64,000 nt of DNA from Eledone cirrhosa. Its lineage: Eukaryota. Shown one piece after another: positions 41,795-55,545 of the stretch. The notes beneath the pieces are model-generated. The model had not been told where the DNA came from. It searched no databases and worked only from the letters and a program-made list of their open reading frames with translations. The stretch spans positions 58,900,001 through 58,964,000 of the forward strand of contig OZ024748.1 in NCBI GenBank assembly GCA_964016885.1. The letters run 5' to 3'. The position numbers and the translations under genes are program-made. Every line of letters begins with the position of its first letter. Position 1 is the stretch's first letter.

Positions 41795-42893
41795 TATCAT
41801 CATCATCATTTTACATCCGCTTTTCCCTGCTTGCAAGTGTGGGACGGGTCTTATTCAGCACAGCATCTCTCCACTCGTCACGGTCCCTCGTCATCTCCGC
41901 CGTGAGCTTCAATGATCTGAGGTCTGTTCTCACCACCTCCGCCCATGTTTTTCGTGGTCTACCTCTACCACGTCTTCCTTCAACTGGCATTTCCTGGCAC
42001 TTCTTCACCCATCGGTCATCCTCCATGCGCATCACATGTCCATACCACCTCAGTCTCCTCTCCCGTACACTACATTCTATCCCTCTCAGACACAGTTTCT
42101 CTCTCAACACATTTATGCTGGGTCGTTCACGCACATTTACACTGCACATCCAACGGAGCATGCTTGCCTCATTTCTCTCCAGCCGTCGCATATCCTCTGC
42201 GGTTGCTGCCCATGTCTCACTACCATGCAGCATCGCTCTCCTCACACAGGCATCATACAACTGGCCTTTCGTACGCAGGGAGAAACCCTTCTTCGTCAAC
42301 AGAGGAAGCAGCTCCCTAAACTTCTTCCAACCCGTCCTTATTCTATATACTATGGCCTCGGAACACCCCCGCCTCTCATGCTAATCTGATCTCCTAGGTA
42401 CCGGAAGCTATCCACCACATCTATAGCGCCCTCTCGCATTTGAAAAATGTGTCTATCAGTGTGACTTCTACTGTCTAATTTCCCTGTACATCTACTGCAT
42501 ACATATTTCTCCCTACCTGTTAGTTTGCCTGCTATCCCGCTACATCTCTTGTGTACCCAGGACCTGCATTGTGTGCATTTTATAGAATTTATGCCAGTTC
42601 CTTTTCTGCATATCGAACATGGCCATTTCCCTGACGGAATCAGGGTTTTGTCCTCTTTTCTACTCATCAACACTTTTGTCTTAGCTAGATTTACTCTCAG
42701 TCCTCTTGCTTCCAACTGCTGTTTCCATAGCCGGAATTTATTCTCTAGCTCCTCTACTGATTCTGCTATAAGAACCAGATCGTCAGCATAGAGAAGTTCC
42801 CATGGACAGCCAGTCTTAAACTCCTCTGTTATGGCTTGGAGGACTATAATGAACAAGAGCGGGCTGAGGACCGAACCCTGATGTACTCCTACT
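41795..42893 (-). mobile_element. 5'-truncated RTE-type LINE with intact 3' end
   Basis: [36 protein letters not shown] and GRPRKTW motifs; one frameshift; (ATG)n tail. Confidence 0.95.
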
Positions 42894-42925
42894 TAATCAT
42901 GTATATATATATATATATATATATA

Positions 42926-42965
<40 letters not shown>

Positions 42966-43079
42966 CATGTATATAATCATGTATATATATATATATATAT
43001 ATATATAAAATCATATATATATATATATATAAAATCATATATATATATATATAAGAAGACGATCGACTTTCGTCAAATC

Positions 43080-43272
43080 GGACCGAGGGAACAATGTTTC
43101 CGTTGGTCTTTCCAATTGCTAATACTATCTATCGGTCGCAACTCCAGGTAGAAGGAGCAACGTGAAATAAAGTGTCTTGCTCAAGGACATAACGCATCGC
43201 CTGGTCCAGGAATCGAACTCACAACCTTACGATTGCGAATCCAATTCTCTAACCACTCAGCCACACGCCTTC
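43080..43272 (-). mobile_element. tRNA-derived SINE related to family A, different 3' part
   Basis: Reverse strand GAAGGCGTGTGGCTGAGTGGTTAGAG...GAGTTCGATTCC...CCTTGAGCAAGACACTTTATTTCAC. Further degenerate relatives at about 3215-3450 (+), 7253-7350 (+) and 55690-56100 (-). Confidence 0.75.
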
Positions 43273-43325
43273 ACTATATATGTATATATTGTTATGCTTT
43301 GGGAGGGTCATGTTTCCAATAAACG

Positions 43326-43430
<105 letters not shown>

Positions 43431-43544
43431 TATATATATATATAATCATATATATATATATAATTATAACAAAGGAATTGTGGTAAGGAACCAAATGGAC
43501 CATAACGCACTAGAGTACTCAATACTTAGGGTAGTCGAGTGGGA

Positions 43545-44015
43545 AATAGGAAAAAGTATGACCCCGACAGCAGAGCTCAAGCCGTTTCGACGGCTATTTC
43601 TGGACTAAATTAGAATGTTTAACCTGGTGAATAAATAACCGAACTTGTCAAGGTGGTACTTCCTTATATGGGAAGATTGTAGTTGTCAAGAGGATTGGTT
43701 AAAATTCTATAACCACCCTCCTGCACTTCATACACTATCCTTAGAATCTGCTGTATACATATGACTTTCAACGCTTGACCGCTCCACTCACTCCCCTATT
43801 GTTCTACAGGCAAGTTCAGCTGCCTCTACATCCCACCAAATGCCATGATAGACTTATTTTAACCAATCCTCTTGACAACTACAATCTTCCCATATAAGGA
43901 AGTACCCCCTTGACAATTTCGGCTATATATTCACCAGGCTAAAAATTCTAATTTAGTCCAGAAATAGCCGTCGAAACGGCTTGAGCTCTGCCGTCGGGGT
44001 CATACTTTTTCCTAT
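43545..44015. repeat. Inverted repeat, about 165-bp arms, about 140-bp spacer
   Basis: Same family forms smaller hairpins at 2517-2630 and 50432-50562, with relatives at 20510-20635 and fragments at 9470-9595, 14690-14835, 50270-50320 and 51015-51170. Confidence 0.92.
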
Positions 44016-44220
44016 ATATAATTATATATATATATATATAATCATATATCTATCTACCTAAGGCGGGTAAAATTCCCGAGATCCATGGACGAGTTCTCTC
44101 CAGCGCCTCTGTCCCTCATTATCGCTGCCATATATATATAATCATATATATATAAATATATATATATATATAAAATCATATATATATATATATAATCATA
44201 TATATATATATATAATCATA

Positions 44221-44274
<54 letters not shown>

Positions 44275-44794
44275 CATATATATAATCATATATATATAAT
44301 AATATATATATATATATAATCATATATATATATATATAATCATATATATAATCATATATATATATATAATATAATCATATATATATGTATATATATAATC
44401 ATATATATATATATATATAATATAATCATATATATATGTATATATATAATCATATATAGATCGTATTCCAACCGTGACCATCTCCACTGAAAGTTTACTT
44501 GAAATAGTCTTTTTCAAGACTATACAGAGCATTTGTAGTTGTCCCAAATTGAAGGATGAGTATTTTAAACTTTATTTTATCATGAGTTAAGGCTCCATTG
44601 ATTTTTCCCTGGATTTCACTAAATTCTGTTGGATAAATCTATATCCTGATTCTTTTTGAATTGAGTTTGAATTATTTTTCCCACATCTTACGTTAACTAT
44701 TTTCCCGTGTTGACGCTATAGTCACTTATATATTATGGAATACTGTTAGATTCTCACTATAATACTTTCTATAACTTTCATTTATATATATGAT

Positions 44795-47700
44795 CATATA
44801 TTACACTCTGTATATGAGCTATACAGAGTGTAATATATTGAAAGGATAACAAGGACGATTGGTTACTCCTGCATTACATTTATTGGTAGGTGACGCGCGT
44901 TTCGCCACTGATCAGCTCAAAGTTCGATCTGCATCGATCCTACCCGACTCAATGATCGGCAGCTCGACGGAGCCTTTAAAATGCAATAAGAAAATGAAAT
45001 ACATGCTATGTGGTAAAGACAGAAGTTCAAGAGTTTGACAATATGAGTTGTTTTGATTGGTGGGAAGGATCAAAGGGATGTACTGGCCTGTGGTGTATGT
45101 GGGGTGGGATGTGATGATAAGATGTTGGTGACGGTCGCTGGCTGCGATGGTCTGTAGGGTGGCGGTGGCGGATTGGCTTTGGCCTGTAGTGTATGTGGGG
45201 GTGGATGTGATGATAAGATGATGGTGACGGTCGCTAGCTGCGATGGGCTGTGGTGTGGGGGTAGTGGGTTGGAGTATGTGGGGTGTGGTTGTGGTGTTGT
45301 TGTTTATGGTAGTGGCATTTGTGGTGGATGTGTTGGTGGTGTCGTGTCCATGTGGAGATACATACCTAGACACTCATAGTCTGACAAATACGTTGTGTAT
45401 ATATATATATACTGATATATATGCATACGTACACAGTCATACACGCACCCACATAGATCCACACATACATATATCTATATGCATATATACACACATGTAT
45501 GTGCATGCGCGCGTGTGGATATATATATAGAGAGTGGGGGAGTATCGGTGGGGGTGGCGTAGAACAAAGCGTATTAACAGACGAGACCCCCTCCTTCGAC
45601 GGTGGCTTATACCGTGACGATGCCCTACTAATGACCCGTGGACTCAATAATAGCCAATTGGATAGACTACACAAACGATATAAGTACATCTTTAAGACCC
45701 AAGGATTAGCGTTAGAAATTGAACCTAACAATAGGACAGTAAACTTTTTAGATGTCACCCTAGAATTAGACTCAGGCCTCTACCGTCCATACCACAAACC
45801 TAATGAAAATCTCAAATGCGTCAACAGACACTCCAACCACCCTAGGAGCATAATTAACTCAATAGTTAAAAGCGTCTCCAATAGAGTGTCCACCTTGTCG
45901 GCTAATAGAAATATCTTCAACCAGCACGCGGAATACTAAAACGCTGGTTACATTGAGAAGATTTCTTACCTAGGACAAATAATAACCTAAGACCCTCCGT
46001 AGCCGGCAGGGCATCCAGCGTCACACACAACTGTCAAGGAAATAAAGCCATACCCTCCAACGCCAATAAGGACTCCGACTATCGCACACGTTTGTGTAGC
46101 AATTGAGACAAAAGACATAACGCCAATAGACTACTTGGAACCCCTATGACACATACGCCTGACCAAAACGCACCCAAACTACCACCCAACAACAAAAACC
46201 TCACTAAACACCGCAGAACCTGAAGTAGACTTGTCACGTCGCCACCAATATACCGGGAACCTTCTACAGAGCTCTCGAACAATCTTCTCCACGCACACAT
46301 AAATACCACAAGCTCTTCAATAGACACACTGTAAAATTCTCTTTCTCCACAGCACCAAATCTAGGCCACACAATAGCACACACTAATAGTACAAAAATAC
46401 GAAAACACATGATTGCCCCATAACAAACCACCACCACAACCCAGAACGAAACCACACACACAACACAACACAACAACCCACATACCAGAACCACCAACCG
46501 CCAACGTGCCACCACACCGGTTACAACGAACTGCAACTGCAAAAAACAGGCCGAATGCCCACTAAACGGGGAGTGCCTCATTAAAAACATTGTTTACCGG
46601 TATGATGTCACAGCCGGCAATAAAGAGTACTCATAGATTGGTGCGACATCCACTACGTTTAGGGAGCGCTGGTATAACCATAGAAGCTCCTTTAAACATA
46701 GGCTGAAACGATCCCAAACCAGACTGGCCGATTTGATCTGGGACCTCAAGGACAGGAACATCCAACCCCAGATCTCGTGGTCAGCGAAAAGACACGTGGC
46801 ACAACTCCCCAGTGACAGAAACCACTGCAGGTTATACCTGGCTGAGGCGGCAGAAATAATTAAATTAAAATCTGCCATAAACTATAGGTCGGACATAATT
46901 GTCAATTGCAGACACACTAGGCTGAACACTTTTTCCGCACAAACATTCGGGGGAGGGCCGCACACAGCATAATAATAACCACCTCTGCTCCGTCTCACCA
47001 TCGCCCATCTCAGTGAATTTATTTTATTGTATTGCATGTAACCATTTGTAAGCCCGTATTTTGTATATCATGCCGCATACATCACCCCACCAAAAATCAC
47101 ATCGCCATACACCCCTCATCCTTGCAACATTGTGTTCTATCTGTCCTCTCTGTCAGGTTTTACCTTGCAAACCATTGTAACATCTGATCCTGTAAATATA
47201 ATGTCGATCATATCACACCATCGCCACCACCACCACAGCACATATCGTCATATGTCTACCATCCACACCCGCAACCTTACTCCCCATCTTCCCTCTGTCT
47301 ACCCTAACCTACAACACCACGCTAAATTCGACCCTGTAAATGTACTGTCGCACACACCACCACCGCCACCACTAGATACATCCACATATTTCAACAATTA
47401 TTAACATCATCAACACATATCATCCCTCACTCCCAGATCGACTGTGTTATATCCCTCCTCCGCCTGCCTTACCCTGTAACCCACCGTAACATCTGATCAT
47501 GTAATCATTTTGTTGAACATATCACCCCAGCACCACCACCATCACCACAACACACATCGCCATACGTCCATAAACCTTTTTTTTTTTCCCGCGTTCCCTA
47601 TGCCACCTTTTAACCTGTAACCCATCGTATTATTCGATCCTGTATATTTTTGTCGCTCACAACTCCACCCCCGCCACCACAACACACAACTCCATACCTC

Positions 47701-48777
47701 AACATCCATTAATTTCATCAACACCGCCAACACATACCTTCCCTCTCGAACCAACGCAAGTGTCTGTGTGTAAACATTTTTTTTATATATATGTGCGTAT
47801 TCATATATGTACATGTATGTATATATATATATATATATATGTTTGTGTATGTATATATATGTTTGTGTATATATGTATGTGTATATGTGTATGTTTATGT
47901 GTACGTGTGTGTGCATATTCGTATGTGTGTATGTATGTGTATGTCTATATGTACAACACCATCTCCATTGGCTCCCACCTTCCCTCTATCTTTGTTCTAC
48001 GCCACCCCCAACGATACTCCCCCAATTCTCTCTATAGATATCCACACGCGCGCATGCACCTACATGTGTGTATATATGCATATATATATATATGTATGTG
48101 TGGATCTATGTGGGCGCGTGTATGTGTGGATCTATGTGAGTGTGTACGTATGTTTATATATATCAGTATATATGCGCATGTATATATATACACAACGTAT
48201 TTGTCAGACTAAGTGTGTCTAGGTATGTATCTCCCCATGGAGTCGACACCACCAACACATCCACCACACCACAACAAACGCCACTACCATAAACAACAAC
48301 ACCACAACCACACCCCACACACGCCAACACGTCTACCGACAACCCACTACCCCCACACCACAGCCCATCGCAGCCAGTGACCGTCACCATCATCTTATCA
48401 TCACATACACCCCCACATACACTACAGGCCAAAGCCAATCCGCCACCGCCACCCTACAGACCATCGCAGCCAGCGACCGTCACCAACATCTTATCATCAC
48501 ATCCCACCCCACATACACCACAGGCCAGTACATCCTTTTGATCCTTCCCACCAATCAAAACAACTCATATTGTCAAACTCTTGAACTTCTGTCTTTACCA
48601 CATAGCATGTATTTCATTTTCTTATAGCATTTTAAAGGGTCCGTCGAGCTGCCGATCATTGAGTCGGGTAGGATCGATACAGATCGAACCTTGAGCTGAT
48701 CAGTGGCGAAACGCGCCTCACCTACCAATAAATGTAATGAAGCAGTAACAAATCGTCCTTGTTATCCTTTCAATATA
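44795..48777 (+). mobile_element. Penelope-like element 2 (5'-truncated, decayed) with inverted pseudo-LTR
   Basis: GGLYRDDALL, VNFLDVTLEL, PYHKPN and SNHP motifs; CNCKKQAECPLNGECL..NIVYRY...IGATSTTFRERWYNH at about 46530-46690. Inverted repeats at 44834-45569 and 47990-48777. Confidence 0.92.
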
Positions 48778-49002
48778 ATCATATATATATATATTTATAT
48801 ATATATACTGAAGAGGTCACAGAATGTGTGACGAAAGAACTTTGACAATATATGAACAATCATCTGGTTGTGGAAACAATCAACCAACCGGAAATTTATA
48901 AATTCCTAAATTTATTAATTTAATTTATAATAAATTGAAGTGAAACAACTGGTGCGTGTGTTTCTTATTGTCAACATGACCCTCCCAAAGTATAACAATA
49001 TA

Positions 49003-49056
<54 letters not shown>

Positions 49057-49057
49057 C

Positions 49058-49088
<31 letters not shown>

Positions 49089-49101
49089 ATCATATATATG
49101 T

Positions 49102-49184
<83 letters not shown>

Positions 49185-49392
49185 CGTTTCTGAATTTGTT
49201 TAGCAAGATTCTTTATCTGAAAACGTGTGTTGAAACCGATATTGTTATACTTTGGGAGGGTCATGTTGCCAATAAGAAACATACGCACAAGTTGCTTTCA
49301 CTTCAATTTATTATAATAAATTTATAAATATAGGAATTTATAAATTTCCGGTTGGTTGGTTGGTTCCACAACAAGATGGTTATTTATATATT

Positions 49393-49435
49393 GTCAAAGT
49401 TCTTTCGTCACACATTCTGTGACCTCTTCAGTGAC
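49393..49435 (-). ncRNA. Type I hammerhead motif
   Basis: GTCA-CTGAAGA-GGTCACAGAATGTGTGAC-GAA-AGAACT-T^TGAC. A 5'-clipped copy lies on + at 48808-48846. Confidence 0.7.
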
Positions 49436-49518
49436 TGGGGATTCTTTTCTTTGTTTTTTGTGCCTCTCCTTTGTTCTGATTATATATATATATATATAAT
49501 CATATATATATATATATA

Positions 49519-49568
<50 letters not shown>

Positions 49569-50203
49569 TTAGAAATACACAGATACATGCGGACACACAC
49601 ATATATACATGAATGCATCCGCACCCAACTGTGAGTTATGGGTGCCAACTTCACCGATGTTGCTCAATGAATGACTGGGACAAACCAATTCAGTTGAACT
49701 AGACTGAACCAGTATCAGAGTTAAAAATACATTATGAAGAGAGAAGAAACATTTAGATATAATTAGTAATAAAATGTATCATACCTAAACTGCTCCTAAA
49801 TTCCTCGACTACGTAGTTTCGTGGCATAAACAAAAACAATATATCATAAAGACATAGAGTCCCTGCGAGGTCTGCCGACTTATCAAGAGGATACCTCATT
49901 TTACTAGTCTCAAGAACGCGTCTACGCGACGTGAGAAAGAATCCCAAAAGGCGGAGGGGGAGATAGTCACGCGATATAACGGTCGAGAAACAGAGCTAAG
50001 CCTCTTATAACCTCGAAGAAAATACCACGGAGGCGGAGGGGGCATTTATATCGAGGCCTAAGGACAGATCCATGGACGAGTTCTCTCCAGCGGTCTCTGT
50101 CCCTCATCATCGCTGCCATGACCTGCGTCTCCAACAGACCAGTGTCTGTCCTTAGGGCATCAACATACGTTAACCTTGGTCTTCCTCTTCTAGTGTGTCC
50201 ATA

Positions 50204-50243
<40 letters not shown>

Positions 50244-50768
50244 CATATATATATATATATGTGATCATGAGTCCTGAAATAGCCGTCGAAACGGCTTGAG
50301 TTCTGCCGTCGGGGTCGTACTTATAATCATATATATATATATATATATATATATAACGGAGGAAATGTGGTAAGGAACCAGGTGGACCATAACGCACCAA
50401 AGACTCAATACTTAGGGTAGTAGAGTGGGTAATAGGAACGAGAAGGACCCCGACGGCTGAGCTCAAGCCGTTTCGACGGCTAATTCTGGACTAAAAATTT
50501 TAGTCCAGAATTAGCCGTCGAAACGGCTTGAGCTCAGCCGTCGGGGTCCTACTCGTTCCTATATATATATAAATATATATATATATAATCATATTTATAT
50601 ATATATATATATAATCATATATATATAATTATATATATATATATATAATCATATTTATATATATATATATATAATCATATTTGTATATATATACATATAA
50701 TCATATATACATATACATATAATCATATATATCATATAAGATCAAAAGATGGTTAAAAGTGTTCCATG

Positions 50769-50839
50769 TATTTTATTATGGGCATTTCAAAAACAAATAT
50801 CATCATGAGATGACATTTGCGTTTTCGTCAGATAAAATA
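50769..50839 (-). ncRNA. Type I hammerhead motif (same family as 4325)
   Basis: TATTTTAT-CTGACGA-AAACGCAAATGTCATC...GATGATATTTGTTTTT-GAA-ATGCCCAT-A^ATAAAATA. Confidence 0.8.
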
Positions 50840-51171
50840 GGGAGACATGATATGAAGGTTAAAAAACACTTGTGAATAGTGCAGTTTTAAATCAACATAT
50901 GTTGATTTAAAACTGCACTATTCATATATATATATATATATATAATCATATATATATAATCATATATATATATATAATCATATATATATATATATATATA
51001 TATATAATCATTTATGAGAAAGTATGACCCCGACGGCAGATTTCAAGCCGTTTCGACGGCTATTTCTGCATTAAAGTAAGAGTCTTTTTAGTCTGGTAAA
51101 TAAATAGCCGAACTTTTCAAGGGGTACTTCCTTATATGGGAAGATTGTAGTTGTCAAGAGGATTGGTCAAA

Positions 51172-51570
51172 ATTTGAAGCAGACACAGAAAAGTCTATCA
51201 TGGCAGTGGGTGCGGGGTGGTTTGTCTCTGACCAGGTGACTGTGAACAGAAACGGGTGTTCTCTAGTTACTCTGCATCTACCTGAGCAATCAGAGTTTCT
51301 TTCTGACCAGGTGACTGTGAACAGAAACGGGTGCTGTCTGACCTCTCTGCATCTACCTGAGCAGACTATGTTTCTGACCTAGGTCAGTGTGAGCAACAAC
51401 AGGTGTACGGCTCTGCAGCACCAACAGTGAATATCTGGTCCATAGGGGCAGCACATCATGTGTATCGTTTGCTGTCCAATCTGTGGGTTCCGTATTGGGC
51501 CCTTCACCCATATAGATGTCCAGGATCAACAACCGTAAACAGCTTCATCATCAACTAAGGTATATTACAA
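51172..51570 (+). mobile_element. Degenerate RTE 3' end with C2H2-like finger and internal 60-bp tandem repeat
   Basis: HIMCIVCCPICGFRIGPFTHI resembles the RTE C-terminal CxxC...RIGL.SH motif. TCTGACCAGGTGACTGTGAACAGAAACGGGTG repeats with a period of about 60-76 bp. Confidence 0.55.
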
Positions 51571-51904
51571 AGAGCATATGTGTGTGGGTGCGTGCGTGCT
51601 TGCATGCGTGCGTTCATGGTGTGTTCCTAGATAAAGCGAAGTACAGAGGTCAATTATTATTCTCACACTCTCCGTATATGTGTGTGTATATATATATGTG
51701 TGTATCTGTGTATATATATATATATATATGTGTTGGTGTATGTGTGTATATATATATATATATGTGTTGGTGTGTGTGTATGTATATATATATATATATG
51801 TGTGTATATGTATAGATATGTCTATAGATGTGTGTATATTAATTTCATTGTTTTAATATTTCTGTGTGTATATATGTGTATATATATATATGTGTATATA
51901 TATA

Positions 51905-52470
51905 CATGTCGCATGGTCGGGTCGTTGGCGACTAAACTGGCAACCCCACCAAGGTTTCTTGGTGAGGAGGGTGTCTTTGGTCATCCTGCAGGACTAAAAA
52001 CAAAACCTGTCAAAGGGCAATGGAGCTCTTAAGAGTCAATGGCCATCCAAAATCACCGGGAGAGATGACCCCTTAGCTTTTGTCAAGGCAGAATTCTAGG
52101 AGAAGGAAAACTCCGATATAACACCTGCAACCCTGATGGTATCCAATGATGTTGACTTGTTCTTTTTGGTAAATATCATCTTGGTTAAGAGAGTGGGGCT
52201 GGCTTTGTGCAGTGCCTTTGCTCACTATAAAAGCTTCACAGCACAGGCATTGCTTTGTATCTGGAGATCTCTCTGCACTTGTCCTCACATGGTACCATGG
52301 GCCCAGCACTATGTGTCAATAATTGTCACAAGTGTAGTGTTTGTACCAGAGTTTTCAAGTCGCTGGCTGGACTAAAAAGTCACACTCGTTCAGCGCATCG
52401 GTAGGGGTTCTCCTACATGGATATATAAAGTAGTGTCCGTACTCGAAAACGAGTTGGCAGCCACCATGTG
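51905..52470 (+). mobile_element. About 560-bp non-coding interspersed element (copy 2, slightly 5'-truncated)
   Basis: Aligns by eye along its whole length to 37372-37935. Confidence 0.8.
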
Positions 52471-52482
52471 TATGTATATGTG

Positions 52483-52524
<42 letters not shown>

Positions 52525-52541
52525 GTATATGTATATATATA

Positions 52542-52590
<49 letters not shown>

Positions 52591-52657
52591 ATATATATGT
52601 GTATTTATATATATATATATGTGTATATATGTATATGTATAGATATGTGTGTATATG

Positions 52658-52703
<46 letters not shown>

Positions 52704-52893
52704 ACGCACGCACACAAGTCATTTTGCCAGGCTATGATAAATGGGAGGTGGGAGGTAATATCCAACCTTCCATTCTCCAGAAATGGAGAAATCTGAGGAT
52801 GAAGTTAACGTCCTGCCCTCATAGAGACAGTCATATGATAATGGAGTCATCCAAGGACGAACCAGTGTACAATACAAAACGGAAACCATGAAA

Positions 52894-52955
<62 letters not shown>

Positions 52956-53297
52956 GTGTGTGAGTGTGTATTATGCATGGATGTTTGTTTGTATATATAT
53001 ATATATATATATATACACGCACACATAAATCTCTCTCTTTATATATATACATACACACACACATATATATATATACACACACGCATATAAATATGTATAT
53101 ATATAAATATAATATACATATATATAGACACAAATCTGTGTGTGTATATATATATATAGATATATAAATATGTATATATATAAATATATATATATATATA
53201 ATACATATATATATATATATATAAAAAATACATATATACATACACATAAATCTGTATATATATATATATATATATATTTTATGTGTATGTATATATG

Positions 53298-53355
<58 letters not shown>

Positions 53356-53576
53356 ATTTTATATATATATATATATATTTATATATATACGGATTTATAT
53401 ATATATAAATACACAGATTTGTATCTATATATGTGTATATATGTATATTATATTTATATATATACATATTTATATGCGTGTGTGTATATATATATATGTC
53501 TGTATATATATATATAAATATAATATATATATATATATATAATATACATAAATCTATATATATATATATATGTATG

Positions 53577-53622
<46 letters not shown>

Positions 53623-54013
53623 CACACAAGCATATGCATATTCGCATACGATGCACTTCCGCAACAGTTTCCGTTTACCAGATTTCACAGACAAATTTGG
53701 AAAAGTGTGTGCACATGTGTATGGCCGTCTGTATTCCTGTCTGTGCCTGTATGAAATTATTTGTAAATTATATATGCTTTTACGTGCATGAACATACATA
53801 GGCGCTGCAAACAGTCATTTTTTTTTTATTTCGGCTTTGCTGGAAATGCTTCCTTGTTAGATTTAAGGAAGGGGCTAATGTCATCGTACGGTGGAACTTT
53901 TTTAAATTTTTTTGTGCTATGCTATCACTTTTCTTATCTTCTTACACCATATTATCAACACAAACTCTCACTTCCTCTCTCTTTTTCTCTTTCTCTCTCT
54001 CTCTTTCTCTTTC

Positions 54014-54052
<39 letters not shown>

Positions 54053-54130
54053 CTCCCTCTCGTTCTCTCCATCCCTCTCTTTTTCTCTCACGCTCTCTTT
54101 CTCTCTCTCTCTCTTCCTTTCTTTCTTTAT

Positions 54131-54175
<45 letters not shown>

Positions 54176-55079
54176 CTCTCTCTTTCTTTCACTCTCGTTC
54201 TCTCTCTTTCTTTCACTCTCGTTCTCTCTCTTTCACTCTCGTTCTCTCACGCTCTCCATCTCTGTCTCCCTCTTACTCTCATGCCCTTCACTTCTCTCGC
54301 TCTTCCCACACACTTTCTCTCTCCCTCTCTATTTCTCTCTTTCTCTCACGCCCTCTCCTCCTCTCTCTCTCTCTCTCTCTTTATCTCATGCCCTCCCCAC
54401 CTCTCACTGTATCTCATGCTCTCACCTCCACTCCATTTTTCTCTCTCACCCTCCTCCCACTCTCTCTCACCCACACACACACACTCTCTCTCACCCTCGC
54501 CACACTCTCTATCACCCTCGCCACACTCTCTATCACCCTCCCCATACACTCTCTCACCCTCGCCACACTCTCTCTCACCCTCCCCACACTCTCACCCCCC
54601 CCCCCCTTCTCTCTCATCCTCTCCCACTCTTCACCTCTCATTATCTTGCTCGCCCATCCCCTCTGCCCCTCTTTCTATCGTTCACTCTATGCTGTCCGAA
54701 TCTGAACAAGAAGATTTTGCAGAGGTTGTTGGTTGTCGGTTGCAGAGGAGCCAGATTTTCTCATACCAATCTAAATAATATTTCTCTAATCATGCAGATG
54801 GGAACCTAGCAATATGTTTGTTATCAAGTTCGTTGATACCACAGTAACTTCTCAAAAGATGTTCAGAAAATGAAACCGTAATGCCTTTAATGTTTGCCAC
54901 ACGTTTAGGATAAACCGGGTAACTCAGTCCAGAATGCACAGGATAAAGTCTTCTTCTTCGTTAGTTTCTGTGCTCCTTGTGAATTATTGAATGATGAAAG
55001 ATCTCCATTCAACACGGTCGGAAGCCCTGTCATGTGACTCTTCTGAAGCAAGACCCATGTGAGCCTGATATTTCTTCCC

Positions 55080-55545
55080 AAAGACCTCAAGCAAGTCCTT
55101 CTTCTCCAAAGATCCCTCAATAGGTCCTTCTACTCCACACACCTCAACCAGGTCCTTTACCACAGACCTCAATCCGGTCTTCCTTGTCCACACACCTCAA
55201 TCCGGCCCTTCATCACCACATTCATCAACCTGGTCCTCCTACACCAGACCTCAACCAGGTCCTTCACCACAGACCTCAACCCGGCCCTCCTTGTCCACAG
55301 ACCTCAACCCGGCCCTCCTTGTCCACACACCTCAACCATGTCCCCCTTCCCCACCTCAACCCCGTCCTCCTTCACGACAGACCTCAACCTGGTCCTCTTT
55401 CCCACCTCAACCAGGTTCCCGTTCACCACAGACATCAACCCTGCCCTCCTTCACTACAGACATCAACCCTGCCCTCCTTCACTACATACATCAACCCTGC
55501 CCTCCTTCACTACAGACATCAACCCTGCCCTCCTTTTCCATAGAC
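55080..55545. repeat. C-rich minisatellite, about 24-28-bp unit (CACAGACCTCAACC.GG.CCTCCTT)
   Basis: About 17 drifting units; adjoins an RTE-like 3' remnant on the minus strand (…ASDRVEWRSFI). Confidence 0.85.

Noticed and set aside
53788-54809. Three overlapping ~300-aa S/L/F-rich ORFs
   Set aside because: (CT)n low-complexity tract open in all frames.
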